DNA of 63,978 nt, filler included, from Folioceros fuciformis (GCA_049999805.1; 26 parts of 26 records of this genome joined end to end with filler, not necessarily neighbours in it); one strand, 5' to 3'; shown: positions 1 through 11,463, counted from the first letter of the whole stretch. Notes: generated from the letters alone by a model not told the origin. Program-made: numbers and translations.

Positions 1-719
1 TGATCCGGCTTTAAAACAATATCATACGTAGAATATTATAATATTATTAACAAAAATAAACTTATTAAATATGCACAATTCAACATCCCTTTAAATCCAC
101 TTGTTTGTAAGGTGGGCGCGATGAACTGTATGAAAGCACCTTCCAGTCTTCTATGCAAATATTTGAAGTAGCCTAACACACAAGCACACCTAAAAGTCAA
201 TTTCCATTTTATTTTCATCTATGGCCCAGCTGAAGTTGTTCCTCCAATCTTTCGGTAAATGAAATTTTCCATCTCTTTTTCAACAATAAAAAAATACATC
301 TTTTTTATCCATTACATGCTCCTAATATTTGTTAACAAGCAAAGCTCCCCCTTACGGCTGAAGGGGCCATTGACATTATCTACAGCCAGACCGAGCTGAA
401 CCTCCACACCCTGATATTAGCGACAGCTACAAAGCTCAAACTGTGTACATACTGGAAAGCTCCACCGGAGCATATGGACATGAACAAGACTCATATCACC
501 CCGTTTAGATAGTCAAAATCTAGCTGATGGAAAGTATTGACCGGTTTTGAACCCTGCTGGTCCCCGGATCATCAAGTTGTGCACAATCTGCCATCTAACT
601 TCAGGAGGATGTTTCGATGGATCAGGATATAAGGAAGGATTCCTGGATGCCGGTCGCCTTAGGCTGCAACTATAGTCAGACCTTTGTTAAATCCTGACCC
701 ACCAAGCGCACGAGGCAAC

Positions 720-900
720 ATGGTCCTGTGCAGTGATCCTTCCAAATACATGATTTGGGATGGGCTCCAGACTGCTTGCGCCTGCAACAAGCTGGTTGCA
801 ACACAGATCCTCAAAGGACACTTCTCAAGCCTCTTTCGCGTCGACGAAGGCAAACTGCACTTCGCCATATGCAAATTCGATGTAAGCGCCTTGTGGAGAG
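720..900 (+). pseudogene. Possible GDSL esterase/lipase C-terminal (block V) fragment
   Basis: CSDPSKYMIWDGLQTACACNKLVATQILKGHF resembles the plant GDSL motif C.DPSKY..WDG.H.TEA.N...A..IL.G. The catalytic His position is Gln, there is an in-frame stop at 660-662, and no other GDSL blocks are recognisable. Confidence 0.35.
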
Positions 901-3038
901 ACGACCAGCTCCCTTCGTTGAAGACGGTCACATTGAAGTGTGGGAAAATGCCATCTCTTGCACCATGTCAGATGTAAGGGAGATTGCTCAATCTCCGTTT
1001 GGATGTGGCTGTTGGGGGAAGCACAGACAAAGTCTTGGACGTTACACTGGGAACCCACTTTCGAAGCATCCTCAGATCCTTCAGGACAAGTTTGATCACA
1101 TTGTATCCGCTGACACATGCAAGCTGGATGTCCCTCAACATGGATTTCAGTGCGAAATAGGACCCATTCTGGTGCGAAGATGAAATCCCTTGTCCATACG
1201 ACAGATCAGGGCGAGGTCGGATCTTTTCCCTGTGCTCCGGTTTGCTTGCTATATGTTTTGTCGTGGGGAAATTCGATGTCGTTCACTTCAGATTTTCCTG
1301 TTCTTTGCAGCTGGAAATCAATTCGTGCTTAGAGGAATCAATTTGTCCCCTAGTTTCTGACTGAATTTTAAGAATATACCACGTGCTTCTGGCAGCTCCA
1401 ACTGTTTCTGGTGTCGTCGTGCAGGGAAGACGTTCAGATTTCCCTTCAGAGCAAATCACATTGGTCTATGCCAGAATCTGCTGGCGTGGGCACAGTCGGT
1501 TGGCGACATTCCTTGACTTGTGAAATTTTTGCGAAGGGTGTTCCGAAGCTTCCATATCCAGTGCCTCGCGTGCGTGGGCTTCTGTGAAAGTGCTTCTCCA
1601 GAGTACTGTGATTGCCTTGATATTTCTGGTGGCGCACCTCTCATCGCATCTCTCACCTTTAATCAGGTCTTCCCGATGGCACAAAAAACGTCTCCTCACT
1701 GAAGTATGGAACTTGATATAATCTTGCAGATTACTCTACAATCTTCTTTCAGTAGTCCCGACATCGACAACCATATCGATCTGATACGTCCTAGAAATCC
1801 ATGACTTCAGACATGTCCGCAGGAGGTCGTTCAGAGTTGAAGAACGAATCAACCGGATCATCCGCGGTCGGATCCCTTCACGAGCACATCCTCATTGTTG
1901 AGTTGGCTTTCTCCCAAGTTGCTTTCGCACGCAAGTTCATACCGATCCTAAACAGCTGTTGTGTTCATGTCCAGGCGAATATGTCCGACCCCATCCCAGG
2001 CATGATAAGAACAACAGAATCCTCTCCTCTTGGGAAGCGAATGGCAGGTGCAGAGACCGCGATGCAGCTCCTGCTGTCACTTAGCAGTTGCTCTCATCCT
2101 TCGCCGCATAGTGCATCGAGGGCATACAAAAGCGGGTCCGAGTGAACAGCAGCCTCGTCAGTCAGTAAACGAAGACACCCGCGGCAGCATAAAAGAATGA
2201 GAAAGTGCAAGATACAGTGCTGCGACTGCCATCTCCATCGTATCAAGACTCTCTTCCAAGATCCAACAACAAAACAGGACGACAACAGTAAACAAGGAGA
2301 AGAAACTGATCCGCGGCGAGCAGCCCGCCACGGCGATGCCTGTCACTCTAGTAATATTCTTCAAAGCCTGCCGCCAACATGCCTCCCGGGAAGCAACGAA
2401 GAGGCACACCACGACCCGGGTCCAGCCTGCTCGGCTCCCATCACAACCACCTCCTTGTACCGCACTTGGCAAGCTGCTTCAACTGCGTTTGCGACCCGGA
2501 ACGAGACCGCCACTCTGTCAGACATGTCCTCATCGCTGCAACCTACCCGCCCGCCGGGAGAGCAGGGACGCACGCAGGAGGTTCCGTAAATCCTGACACG
2601 ACCTGACTGCAAGATCGCGCCATCACCAGACTCACCTCCCCCGCACGCGCGCATCGCAGTCCGCAGCCCGGGACAGGCCATGGCATCTCCACCTCCTGCC
2701 TCCACCATCCCCATTCCGGTACGGCTTCCCTCCCCAGCCTCGATCTGCAGCTTCTCACATCCATCTCGCCTCTTGTTTTACACGACGTCACCGCATCGGA
2801 TTTGCCGTCGTTTTTACCTTGCCCAGAGTCTGTCACCTTTCACCATAGCTGGCAGAGCCCCGGGTACATGGGCGTGCGGTGCAGGCAAGTGGCAGATACC
2901 GCTACCGTCGACTTCTTATCCGTCAACCAGCTCCTCCTAGCCCGTCTCGGTTGTGAGGATGGACTATATACGAGTTCCAATAATTACACACATTGAGATG
3001 CGCAAAGATCAACGCCATGGTTCGAGGAACTTGCTCTC

Positions 3039-3157
3039 TGCCACAGGCTACAACTTCATTCAATCTTGTCACAGGCTACAACTTCATTCAATCTTGTCAC
3101 AGGCTACAATTTCATTCAATCCTGTCACAGGCTACAACTTCATTCAATCCTGTCACA
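3039..3157. repeat. 28-bp tandem repeat, about 4.2 copies
   Basis: Unit TGTCACAGGCTACAACTTCATTCAATC(T/C) repeated head-to-tail. Confidence 0.95.
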
Positions 3158-3814
3158 TCACTAAGCAGCTCCGATTTGACGTAGTCCTTCACTTCCGTCT
3201 CCCTTCACGTCAGCAAGCTCCGTTCACTGCAGATGAAGATGAGCCCGCAACAACAGCCGCAGGAGGAAGACCCTCATCGTCGAGTAGAACAATGAAACCC
3301 TAAAATGAGTGTTAGTGGGGGCGGGGATAGCAGGGCTACGAGACGTCTCGCTTGTGCAGTTGAGGCTGAAGCTAGTAGTCTTGTGCCCAGTAATGCTGCA
3401 CAGTGGTTCTACATACAGACCGGGTACAATTTTTTTTGTCAAATTTGGTGAATTTGTAGGCGCCAGTCTGTAGCTCTCTACATCACAGCAGCCCCTAGCG
3501 CCAGACCGCGCCTTGAGAGACCCCCGCTGCCGTGGCTGCGAGCGGAGGGCGTGGGGAATGACGGTGCCATCTTCAGGGGCTGGGCTGCTATGGAAAGCGA
3601 GCCTTTTGCGTCCGTAGCTTTGCGGGGGCTGTGAGCCCCACCGCACCGGTGGGGGGAGGAAGAAAGGGAGCGAAGAGCGAGAGGAAACTGCGCCTCTCCT
3701 CCCCCTTCTGCTTCTGCTTCTCCTGCCCTTGCTCTTCTTTCCGTCTTCTTCTTCCTTAGCTTCTTCGTCCTCATTCTCCTCTTCTTGCTGTGCTTAGTAG
3801 TCATAGCGGGGCCA

Positions 3815-3914
3815 NNNNNNNNNNNNNNNNNNNNNNNNNNNNNNNNNNNNNNNNNNNNTTAATTAATTAANNNNNNNNNNNNNNNNNNNNNNNNNNNNNN
3901 NNNNNNNNNNNNNN
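3815..3914. other. Artificial contig-joining linker (44 N + TTAATTAATTAA + 44 N); first of 25 identical linkers
   Basis: The identical 100-bp spacer, with stop codons in all six frames, starts at 3815, 6973, 9302, 11066, 18069, 19828, 21571, 23345, 25482, 27001, 29422, 30621, 32117, 33356, 36393, 38343, 41994, 48507, 50899, 52612, 55135, 58994, 60191, 61323 and 62862. Confidence 0.98.
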
Positions 3915-4470
3915 GGTGATGTAGAGAATTGAACATAATATTGGCAAGAACTAGATTGAATGCCACAGCAATTTGCAAATAGTTTTGAAAATCAGTATTC
4001 TAATTCAAACTTTGGCGTTTTATTTCACGTTGTGAACTCCCTATTTAAACATAATTTGGATATCATCTTGTAGAGCTCAACGATCTCTACAAGATGTTGT
4101 AAAAGAGTGAACATAATTTTGCCTAGATCTGGATTGAATGTCGTTGCAACTTTGCCAAGAGTTTTGAAAATCAATATTCTGATCCAAACTTGGACGTTTT
4201 GTTTCATGCTGTGAACGCACTATCTGGGCATAATTAGAGTATCATCTTGTAAATCTCAACAAGCTCTACAAGATGAGATAAAGAAATGAACATAATATTG
4301 CATAAAATAGGACTGAATGCCGTTGCAAGTTTGCCCAGAGTTTTGAAAACGAGCAATCTAATCCAAACTTTTCCGTTTCATTCCATGAGATGTAGACCTG
4401 TAATAGAGACGATAAACATGTTATCTTGTAGAGCTTGACAAGCTCTACAATGTGGTGTAAAATTAATAAT
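3915..4470. repeat. Diverged ~178-179-bp tandem repeat (about 3 copies), each with an internal hairpin
   Basis: The anchor GAACATAAT recurs at 3931, 4109 and 4288. Each unit carries an ATCTTGTAGAG...CTCTACAAGAT-type inverted repeat (perfect 12-bp arms at 4064-4075/4085-4096). Confidence 0.85.
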
Positions 4471-4522
4471 CAATAAAAAGGGATTGAATAACAATATTGG
4501 AAAATATACCCAACATCAAGAC

Positions 4523-5345
4523 TTACTCATCATCATGCCTAGATCTTTTCCGGGATTGGACTAAGAGCTTTGCTATCTCAATTTGGGTGAATTGGTGCAA
4601 CTCTTTCATCTTCAAGCTTTGCTCTAACCTGGCCTTTTCCATACTTTGGAGGTTCTCTAACTTGATTACCTTAATCTTGGTGAACAGTTCCGCAAAAATG
4701 TTAATGTTCTCTGCAATCTTGTCTAGACCACTACCTAAAAGCTTCCTCTTTGACTGTTTGGACACCTTCTTTGTTGCTACACCTTGCAATTTTGTTACCT
4801 GAGTAAGCGGCGACTCATAAGTCTCATTGTCTTTGAGAAGTAGAAGGTGGAGGAGAACCCCTAGTAGATGTTGATGGCAGCATTGAAGATGATGTTGGTG
4901 TGGATACAATGGGAACATGAGAGCACACAAGGTGATGCACTCCGTATATGCTCTTGAAAACTCCTTTGGAAGATCTTTCAGATACTACATGAAAATGAGT
5001 TGCTTTGGTCAACTCTAAGAATCCAAGGTCATGAGAGTTGGTCATGCCTACCAGTCTTGGATTATCACTCATAAAGGAGGTGAGAGCTTCCCAAAATGTC
5101 CACTCACTTGCATAGACACCGATGGTCAACTTCTTCATTTCAAGCTTGTAGTGTTTCTTTAAATTATCCGTCTTGTTCCAGTATTAAAGACCTGTTAGAA
5201 CAAATCCTACACAAGACTGACAAGATTGTTGTAGCAACAACCTTCTAATGGTGTCCCTCAAGGTTGCCCTTGTGCAAGTGATTCACATATACATCCTCAT
5301 AAGCTACAATCAAAGCAAATGTGCTCTCCATGGTCCAAGAAGCAC
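4523..5345 (-). pseudogene. Trihelix/Myb-SANT-like (SIP1/ASIL-type) DNA-binding protein, degenerate
   Basis: SWTMESTFALIVAYEDVYVNHLHKGNLEGHH*KVVA...TGL*YWNKTDNLKKHYKLE...SEWTFWEAL matches the trihelix pattern W..(L)..A......GNL...W..VA...QC.NK.DNLKK.Y....W.FF. The C-terminal coiled coil (IAENINIFAELFTK...MEKARLE...TQIEIAKL) resembles SIP1-clade tails. There are two in-frame stops (W>TAG, Q>TAA) and frameshifts. Confidence 0.75.
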
Positions 5346-7547
5346 ACTTTTGATTCTGAACTTTTGGGATAGTAGGCACATGCATTTTAGCACTGGAAAC
5401 AAGTGCAAGATGTTCATTGTGGCAAATTGGATCCATGTGGCGTAGCACTAAAGAGCTATGGAGTAGCAAGCATGTAGAGTATTTGGAGGTACTACTCGTG
5501 AATGGGAGACACGTAGAGCGATGCCTACAAAATTGTGAATCAAAACCCTACCACTCCATATCTATAAAAAAATAAAGACCACTCAACATATCTGACACCT
5601 TCCAAAAAAAATGCCACACATCCTAGTCATATGAACTTGGGATAAATAGTAGAGAAACGGAAAAATAGACCTTACAAAAATCCTGGACTAATAAGAAAGA
5701 GAGGGTAATAAAGTTACGTGTGTGATGCGGTGCCCTCCTTCCTACTCATTACGGAGGTGGGTTCTTTTTATTTTTTAAGAACGATCCTACAACTCCACAT
5801 CTGACAGACGGGTTCGTTTCACAATGTAATTGGCCCTTGACACAACCTATGGTGATCGAATTGGTGCACAAAATGAAAGAGCCCATTTACTTCCGTTAGG
5901 GGGTTTCATATGTAAGAAAACGGAGCTGAGATTGAAGTGCGAACTTGTGCGAATTGGCGCTCGGAACAGATATTGTTAAACTAGGATAGATGTATCGTCC
6001 ATGACGAGTTGATATTGCCAAATCATGCATTTTGGCCATAACAAGCTATGATATCAGCGTGCCCTAGGATGCTTGCTAGCAACAAGAGTAAAAGCGTTGC
6101 AACGAATCACCCAAAAACGTAGACGACCCTACTACTTGGGCAGCCTCAACTGGGCACTTGTAGTACTGTACACTCAAAGTATGTGATTTGTATGTGGAGA
6201 ATGCCATCGGAACCCTCTCACAAGCATTGTTCTTGTACCATAAACGTGGTGATATGGATCCGAAATGAAAACGGGATCTACGTTTAAGGGGTTACTTTCA
6301 ACCATTTTCAATAAACGTCATTCCCGTTCACCAAATCAATTTTCGATGCCGGGCATTTTCGGCGTGTTGAAACCCGCTAAAACAGGTCCATGCCTCCTCC
6401 CACCTAGGTCACCACCGACCAAAATCCCTTCCACTACGAGATCACACACGACGAAATCGAAGTCCTACCACCGTGGATTGCGGAGGAACGCTCATAACAA
6501 GGTCTGCGCCTAACAGTCGTATTCCGCCAAATCGGGCTTCGGGTCATTTTCTGCGTCATTTTCCGTGGCACATATCCAGAAATCATGCTATTTGGTGTGG
6601 ATTACCCCCAAATGTACGGAAAAACGGTCACACCAAACTCTCTATTCGTCATGCTTCCCCAAAAACTAGCCGAAATTGCGGGTTACCAATAGTAAACCTT
6701 TTTGATCTTATCCAGTTCCACAGTTGGTCTGACACTACCGCCTGCAAGTAGACGGAATGATATTTTTTGAAATCAGATTCCTTGAAACTGTCAAATGTTA
6801 AAGCTTTTTCAATAACGCTCATTTAACCCTGGCCGGTCGAAGTGCGCCGGTCTACCGACGCACTCCTTCCGGTCAAACGATGAGTAACTGGTGAACACCC
6901 AGATCGGGTCTGGGGAAAGTGCACCACAACTATTCAAAATGAGTTAGGGTTAGGCCAGCGCACAGTTAGGCCNNNNNNNNNNNNNNNNNNNNNNNNNNNN
7001 NNNNNNNNNNNNNNNNTTAATTAATTAANNNNNNNNNNNNNNNNNNNNNNNNNNNNNNNNNNNNNNNNNNNNGGACCGCCCCTTTCGCGTCGGAATTCCT
7101 CTGGGCCGCGGTGGGTCCGTGGTTCCCACTACGGTAGGTGCAGTTGCCACAAACGCAGGACGTCCCGTGACAACCCGTGACGAGTGGCGATGTCAGGGCA
7201 AAATGCGGTCCCGCACCTTGGCCCACATTTGCTGGACACAGTAGTGGTCCCCTGAGACTAGGGTACCTATAGATAGAGGCGAGGCGCACCATTTTGGCCT
7301 CCAGCCTACAGACAACGGAAGTGGGACGGCTTCCCGTTGTAACGCTTTCCCTGAGCTTTGTTAGTCAATGCACAAAAACTCTGTCTCCATAGGTATCTAC
7401 AATATGTATCCAGAATGCTTTTTATCCTGAACAAAGAACTACATAATATAATATATAAATCCATCTTCTATGAATTAAATTAGAAAATTAAATAAATGTT
7501 ATAGTAATATAAATTTCAAAACTCAAGATTTGAATAGTTAAAATCAT

Positions 7548-8408
7548 ATGGAATCAGCTATATTTTCACTAATAAGTTCTTGTCTTTTCTTGATATTATG
7601 CATTCCTTGTGTGTATGGAGAAGGTAGGCACAAGATACAAATCTTAGGTGTAATAATAGATGAATATAGTGTGAATCTTTTAGAAAATTGTACCAATTTT
7701 AAGCCACTTTCTTGCATAATTTTACCACTATATGATAATAGAGGGAAAATATGGTACAATTCACTACTTGAAGAATGCACTTCACACCAATGCACCCAAA
7801 TAAGTCCATCCAATGTGGGGCAAAATTACATAGACCCATCTTCAGGAGCTACCAAGTACGTGCCGCCATGGTTTTGCAATGCATCTATGCTCAACTTCCA
7901 GAAGGCTAGGGTTGAGCAAAACACAGGATGGCCCCCTGGGAAAAAGGAGGATTTTTTTGCTGGTAATTATTCATTTTCTTCTTGGTACCATCACCTTACT
8001 ACTCATTGACAAGATTGTTGCAAAGGGTCACACAACCCAATATGTCTTCCAGAATGTGAGTACTCGAGGGTGAACAACCTTCTTTCCCAAGGAGGGTGCT
8101 CACACTATTTGCACACATGTGAAGAATGCTTGGAAGCATACAAGTACTGGATCTGTGGGACAATGTTCAAAGAATGCATCATAACCAACAACATTCCTGC
8201 TCAAGGACAAGGAACCATCTATGGCCCTGATGATTTTCCTGGAACTTACAATTACGTGCTTGTGAAACCTTGTCGAAGCCTTTGCTCCCATGTGGCGAGA
8301 GTCTGCCCACCTACATTGCAATGGAAGTGTGCACAAGAAGACTCCAGGGACTATAGAGACTTCCCTTACTGCAATCTCTTGGGATTCTCTATTGCAGAAC
8401 AACAATAA
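7548..8408 (+). CDS. Secreted cysteine-rich protein with Mid1/FAM155-like domain (about 249 aa; predicted introns 7624-7683 and 7963-8013)
   Basis: N-terminal signal peptide (MESAIFSLISSCLFLILCIPCVYG). ORFs 7548-8009 and 8070-8408 are in the same frame, and the single TGA (8007-8009) lies in a 51-nt GT-AG segment. The C-terminal C..TCEEC..AYKYWIC......C ... PCRSLC..V.RVCP......C ... CNLLG follows the Cys pattern of yeast Mid1. Confidence 0.75.
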
Positions 8409-9533
8409 GGTGTGCCTTGTTCATAGTTCATTGGGATCTGTTGATGTTGAAGAGGAAGAACATCCATCACATTTTCTCTCGTCCTAACCTGTTCCAAGAT
8501 TTGTTGTTGGTAGAGAGGAATGAGACCCAAAGAGTATGCTAATCTACACCAAATTTGTTCCTCTGTTTAGCTTAATGTTGTTGTCCTTTCTTTACTACAA
8601 AACTTAAACTTAAGCAAAGGTTCTGTTTTGTTTTGTCCTTTCTTTCTTTCTATGCTTGTTGTATCAAGTGTTGTAAGTTCTTTAGCATTGTATTCAATTG
8701 AACAAGAAGTCAATGCATAGATATTTTGTGTGAAATATTATATAAAAAATGGAAAAAAATTAAATATGATATATATATATATATTAGAAGGGTACGTTGA
8801 ATTTCTTGAATGACTTTATTTAGAGGCTGAGCTGTGTATATATGTGGGCTCTATTTAGGAGAAGAATTAAGGAGTTTTATTTATTATTGAATATTAGAAG
8901 GTAAGTATGTATAGTGGGATGCGATTGGGTGTGGGTTTGGATCCGACGCCTGGGCCTTGCTTTTAATGGAGTGCGTATTTGATGATGGTGTGTTCGTATA
9001 GGAAGGGAAGTGATGTACGAACAGGGTACGAAACGGAACGTAGAAACGAGGACTGGAAAACAAATACATACATGTGTGTGTATGTTAGATTGAATTGAAA
9101 GGGATAGATAAAATTAGGGTTGGGGCATGCAGAGAAGAGAGGAGAGGAGAGGAAAGGGCCTCCAAGGAGAGCAGAGCTCTGTGTGTGAGGAGGAGGGCCA
9201 GAATTGGATGGGAAGGAAGGAAGGTGTGTGAGAGCAGTATTGTTGGCACAGCAACTCACCCCTAGGCTCTTGCCTTTGTGTGTTGCCATTCTATCTTCTC
9301 CNNNNNNNNNNNNNNNNNNNNNNNNNNNNNNNNNNNNNNNNNNNNTTAATTAATTAANNNNNNNNNNNNNNNNNNNNNNNNNNNNNNNNNNNNNNNNNNN
9401 NGTCGCTCTTGTGTGCGCGTGCGTGCTTCTGCCAGGACCGCCCAACGGCCCATTTGCATCGCCTCGCCCCAACGGGTGAGTTGAGACTTTGAGCTGGTGG
9501 AACTCGAGACCGCCCACTCCCACTCCTATGCAC

Positions 9534-9642
9534 ATGCTCTCTCTTCCATGCTCTTTCTATCATGCTCTTTCTAGCATGTTCTTTCTAATATGTTCTTTCT
9601 AATATGCTCTGTCTAATATGCTCTATCTAATATGCTCTCTAC
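9534..9642. repeat. 14-bp tandem repeat, about 7-8 copies
   Basis: ATG(C/T)TCT(T/G/A)TCTAAT-type units in series. Confidence 0.85.
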
Positions 9643-9685
9643 TATGCACCTCCTGGCATGCTTACCGGGCCTTCTTGTCCATGAT

Positions 9686-9829
9686 GGTTTGATCCAACTC
9701 CATTTCTTGATTTGGAAGGAGGCTTTGTCCTTTTCATTCACTATCCTTGTCCTTGGTAGTTGGTTTGACCCAACTCCATTTCGTGATTTGGAAGGAGGCT
9801 TGGTCCTTTTCATTCACTATCCTTGTCCT
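9686..9829. repeat. ~77-bp direct duplication
   Basis: TTTGA.CCAACTCCATTTC.TGATTTGGAAGGAGGCTT.GTCCTTTTCATTCACTATCCTTGTCCT occurs twice. Confidence 0.85.
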
Positions 9830-11188
9830 CTTTGCTTGGTTTGGTCTGGTGATGAACTTGTGGGGTAGATCCCATCTACCCCAACCGCTCCATGAATGAA
9901 GGAGAAGGGAGGACTTTATGCCTAACAGTCATACACACGATGGAAGAGGGAGTTGTAAGCTTTGGGAATCCAAGGTGCGAGTGATAAGGATAGGAGGACA
10001 TGAGGAGCACGATTGAGAAGGACATAAGTTGTAGTGTTCGTGAATGAGAGGGTGGAGTGATGGAGAGTTAAGTTTCATGATTCATAAATAGACAAGGATT
10101 GTGTAGTACAAAGAGTGGAGGTTTATTTGCCGCATCATTATATTTCTCAGCTCCGTAGTGGTGCAAGTTGTCTTGTCTTTGTCTGCTGCAATCAAGTCGG
10201 CTCTGGCTTGCATGCCTTGTTGTAGATCTCGTACTAAGAGCCAGCTTGCATACCTTGTTGCAGATCTTGTACTAGTTCTAACACCGTTTGTCTGTACAAA
10301 TCAAACGTTTTGGTTAGGAATCGATCGCTTCCAAGCATGCGGGTGATGATAGGTGGAGGCTACATTGATGAGAGTAGTTGGAATTTGTATGGACACTGTG
10401 TCCATACACCTAGGATTGCCAAGGTACGTGATCCATCTCAAAATGATATTGAATGAGACTTCTGTTAGTACCGCCATCTCGTTGTGTCTCACGACCGCTC
10501 GGCACGACGCACGGAGATGGAGATGGACTAGGACTTGGGCAGGCTTGGCATGGAAAAAGACGCGATCACAACTTTGAGATATGACTGTTGCCAACGATTG
10601 CACTTCCATATCTGTCTGCTTACCTGCAATGTCACATGTTGCACGACTCCATCCACAAGTTGCACGTCTGGCCTGGATCTGGATGGGACAACTGTCGATC
10701 TAGAAAGCATTGTTCGGGATATCGACAACCATTGTTCGGGATATCGACAACCAACTGCTCTCTTGTCCCGAGACATGGACCTATGCCATTGTCACCCAAA
10801 CTGTATCTAGTCCACGCCCTTTCCTCGTCCATGCCCTTTCCTCGTCCATGCCCTTTCCTCGTCCTGAGATGAGATAAGATGAGATGAGGTCTTGAATTCA
10901 CTTCACTTCACGCTCCATCTCATTGATGGAGAGGTTGAGGGATAGTGCGGGTTGTTGGGTTTGCTAGATTTTCTTGTTTGAGTTGCAATGGTGTTGTGGG
11001 CTATGGTTGTGGTGGTGATGAAGAATGTAAATGGTGTGTAGTATGATAGGAGAGTGAGGTTATCTNNNNNNNNNNNNNNNNNNNNNNNNNNNNNNNNNNN
11101 NNNNNNNNNTTAATTAATTAANNNNNNNNNNNNNNNNNNNNNNNNNNNNNNNNNNNNNNNNNNNNTCGTGCAAGAGATGCTGTTAAGC

Positions 11189-11258
11189 CGCTGGTTGGCG
11201 TGGTGGTAAGGCTAATGGTCTCTTGATCGCGAAGTCCGGGGTTCGAAGCCGAATTACG
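11189..11258 (+). mobile_element. tRNA-derived (SINE-like) head with Pol III A and B boxes
   Basis: A box TGGCGTGGTGG (11196-11206) and B box GGTTCGAAGCC (11240-11250) lie at canonical tRNA spacing, with a CTCTTGA loop-like segment between them. The acceptor stem does not pair, so this is not a functional tRNA. Confidence 0.55.
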
Positions 11259-11270
11259 ACGAGGACTACC

Positions 11271-11463
11271 GTCTCACGACTCCGCTAACGGAGTTCGAAC
11301 CGGAGAGCGACGCCCTGAGAACCGACGCTGGAGGCACACCTCTCAACGACTGCGGCCCATCGCCCCTGTCTCACGACTCCGCTAATGGAGTTCGAACCGG
11401 AGAGCGACGCCCTGAGAGCCGATGCTGGAGGCACACCTCTCGACGACTGTGGCCCATCGCCCC
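11271..11463. repeat. 97-bp tandem duplication, each copy containing GAGTTCGAACC
   Basis: GTCTCACGACTCCGCTAA.GGAGTTCGAACCGGAGAGCGACGCCCTGAGA... starts at 11271 and 11368. Confidence 0.92.

Noticed and set aside
3039-3157. 28-bp repeats (also 33-bp repeats at 42209-42368) as CRISPR arrays
   Set aside because: The units are head-to-tail with no unique spacers, the context is eukaryotic and there are no cas genes.
3859-3870. Regularly recurring TTAATTAATTAA flanked by N runs, superficially like a repeat-spacer array
   Set aside because: It is an identical 100-bp artificial linker with stops in all six frames, so it is an assembly artefact. ORFs ending in XXXLIN are also artefacts.
8007-8009. 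In-frame TGA in the Cys-rich Mid1-like gene as selenocysteine or readthrough
   Set aside because: It lies inside a frame-preserving 51-nt GT...AG segment, so an intron is the simpler explanation.
11189-11258. Functional tRNA-Lys gene
   Set aside because: The acceptor and T stems do not pair properly, so it is kept only as a tRNA-derived element.
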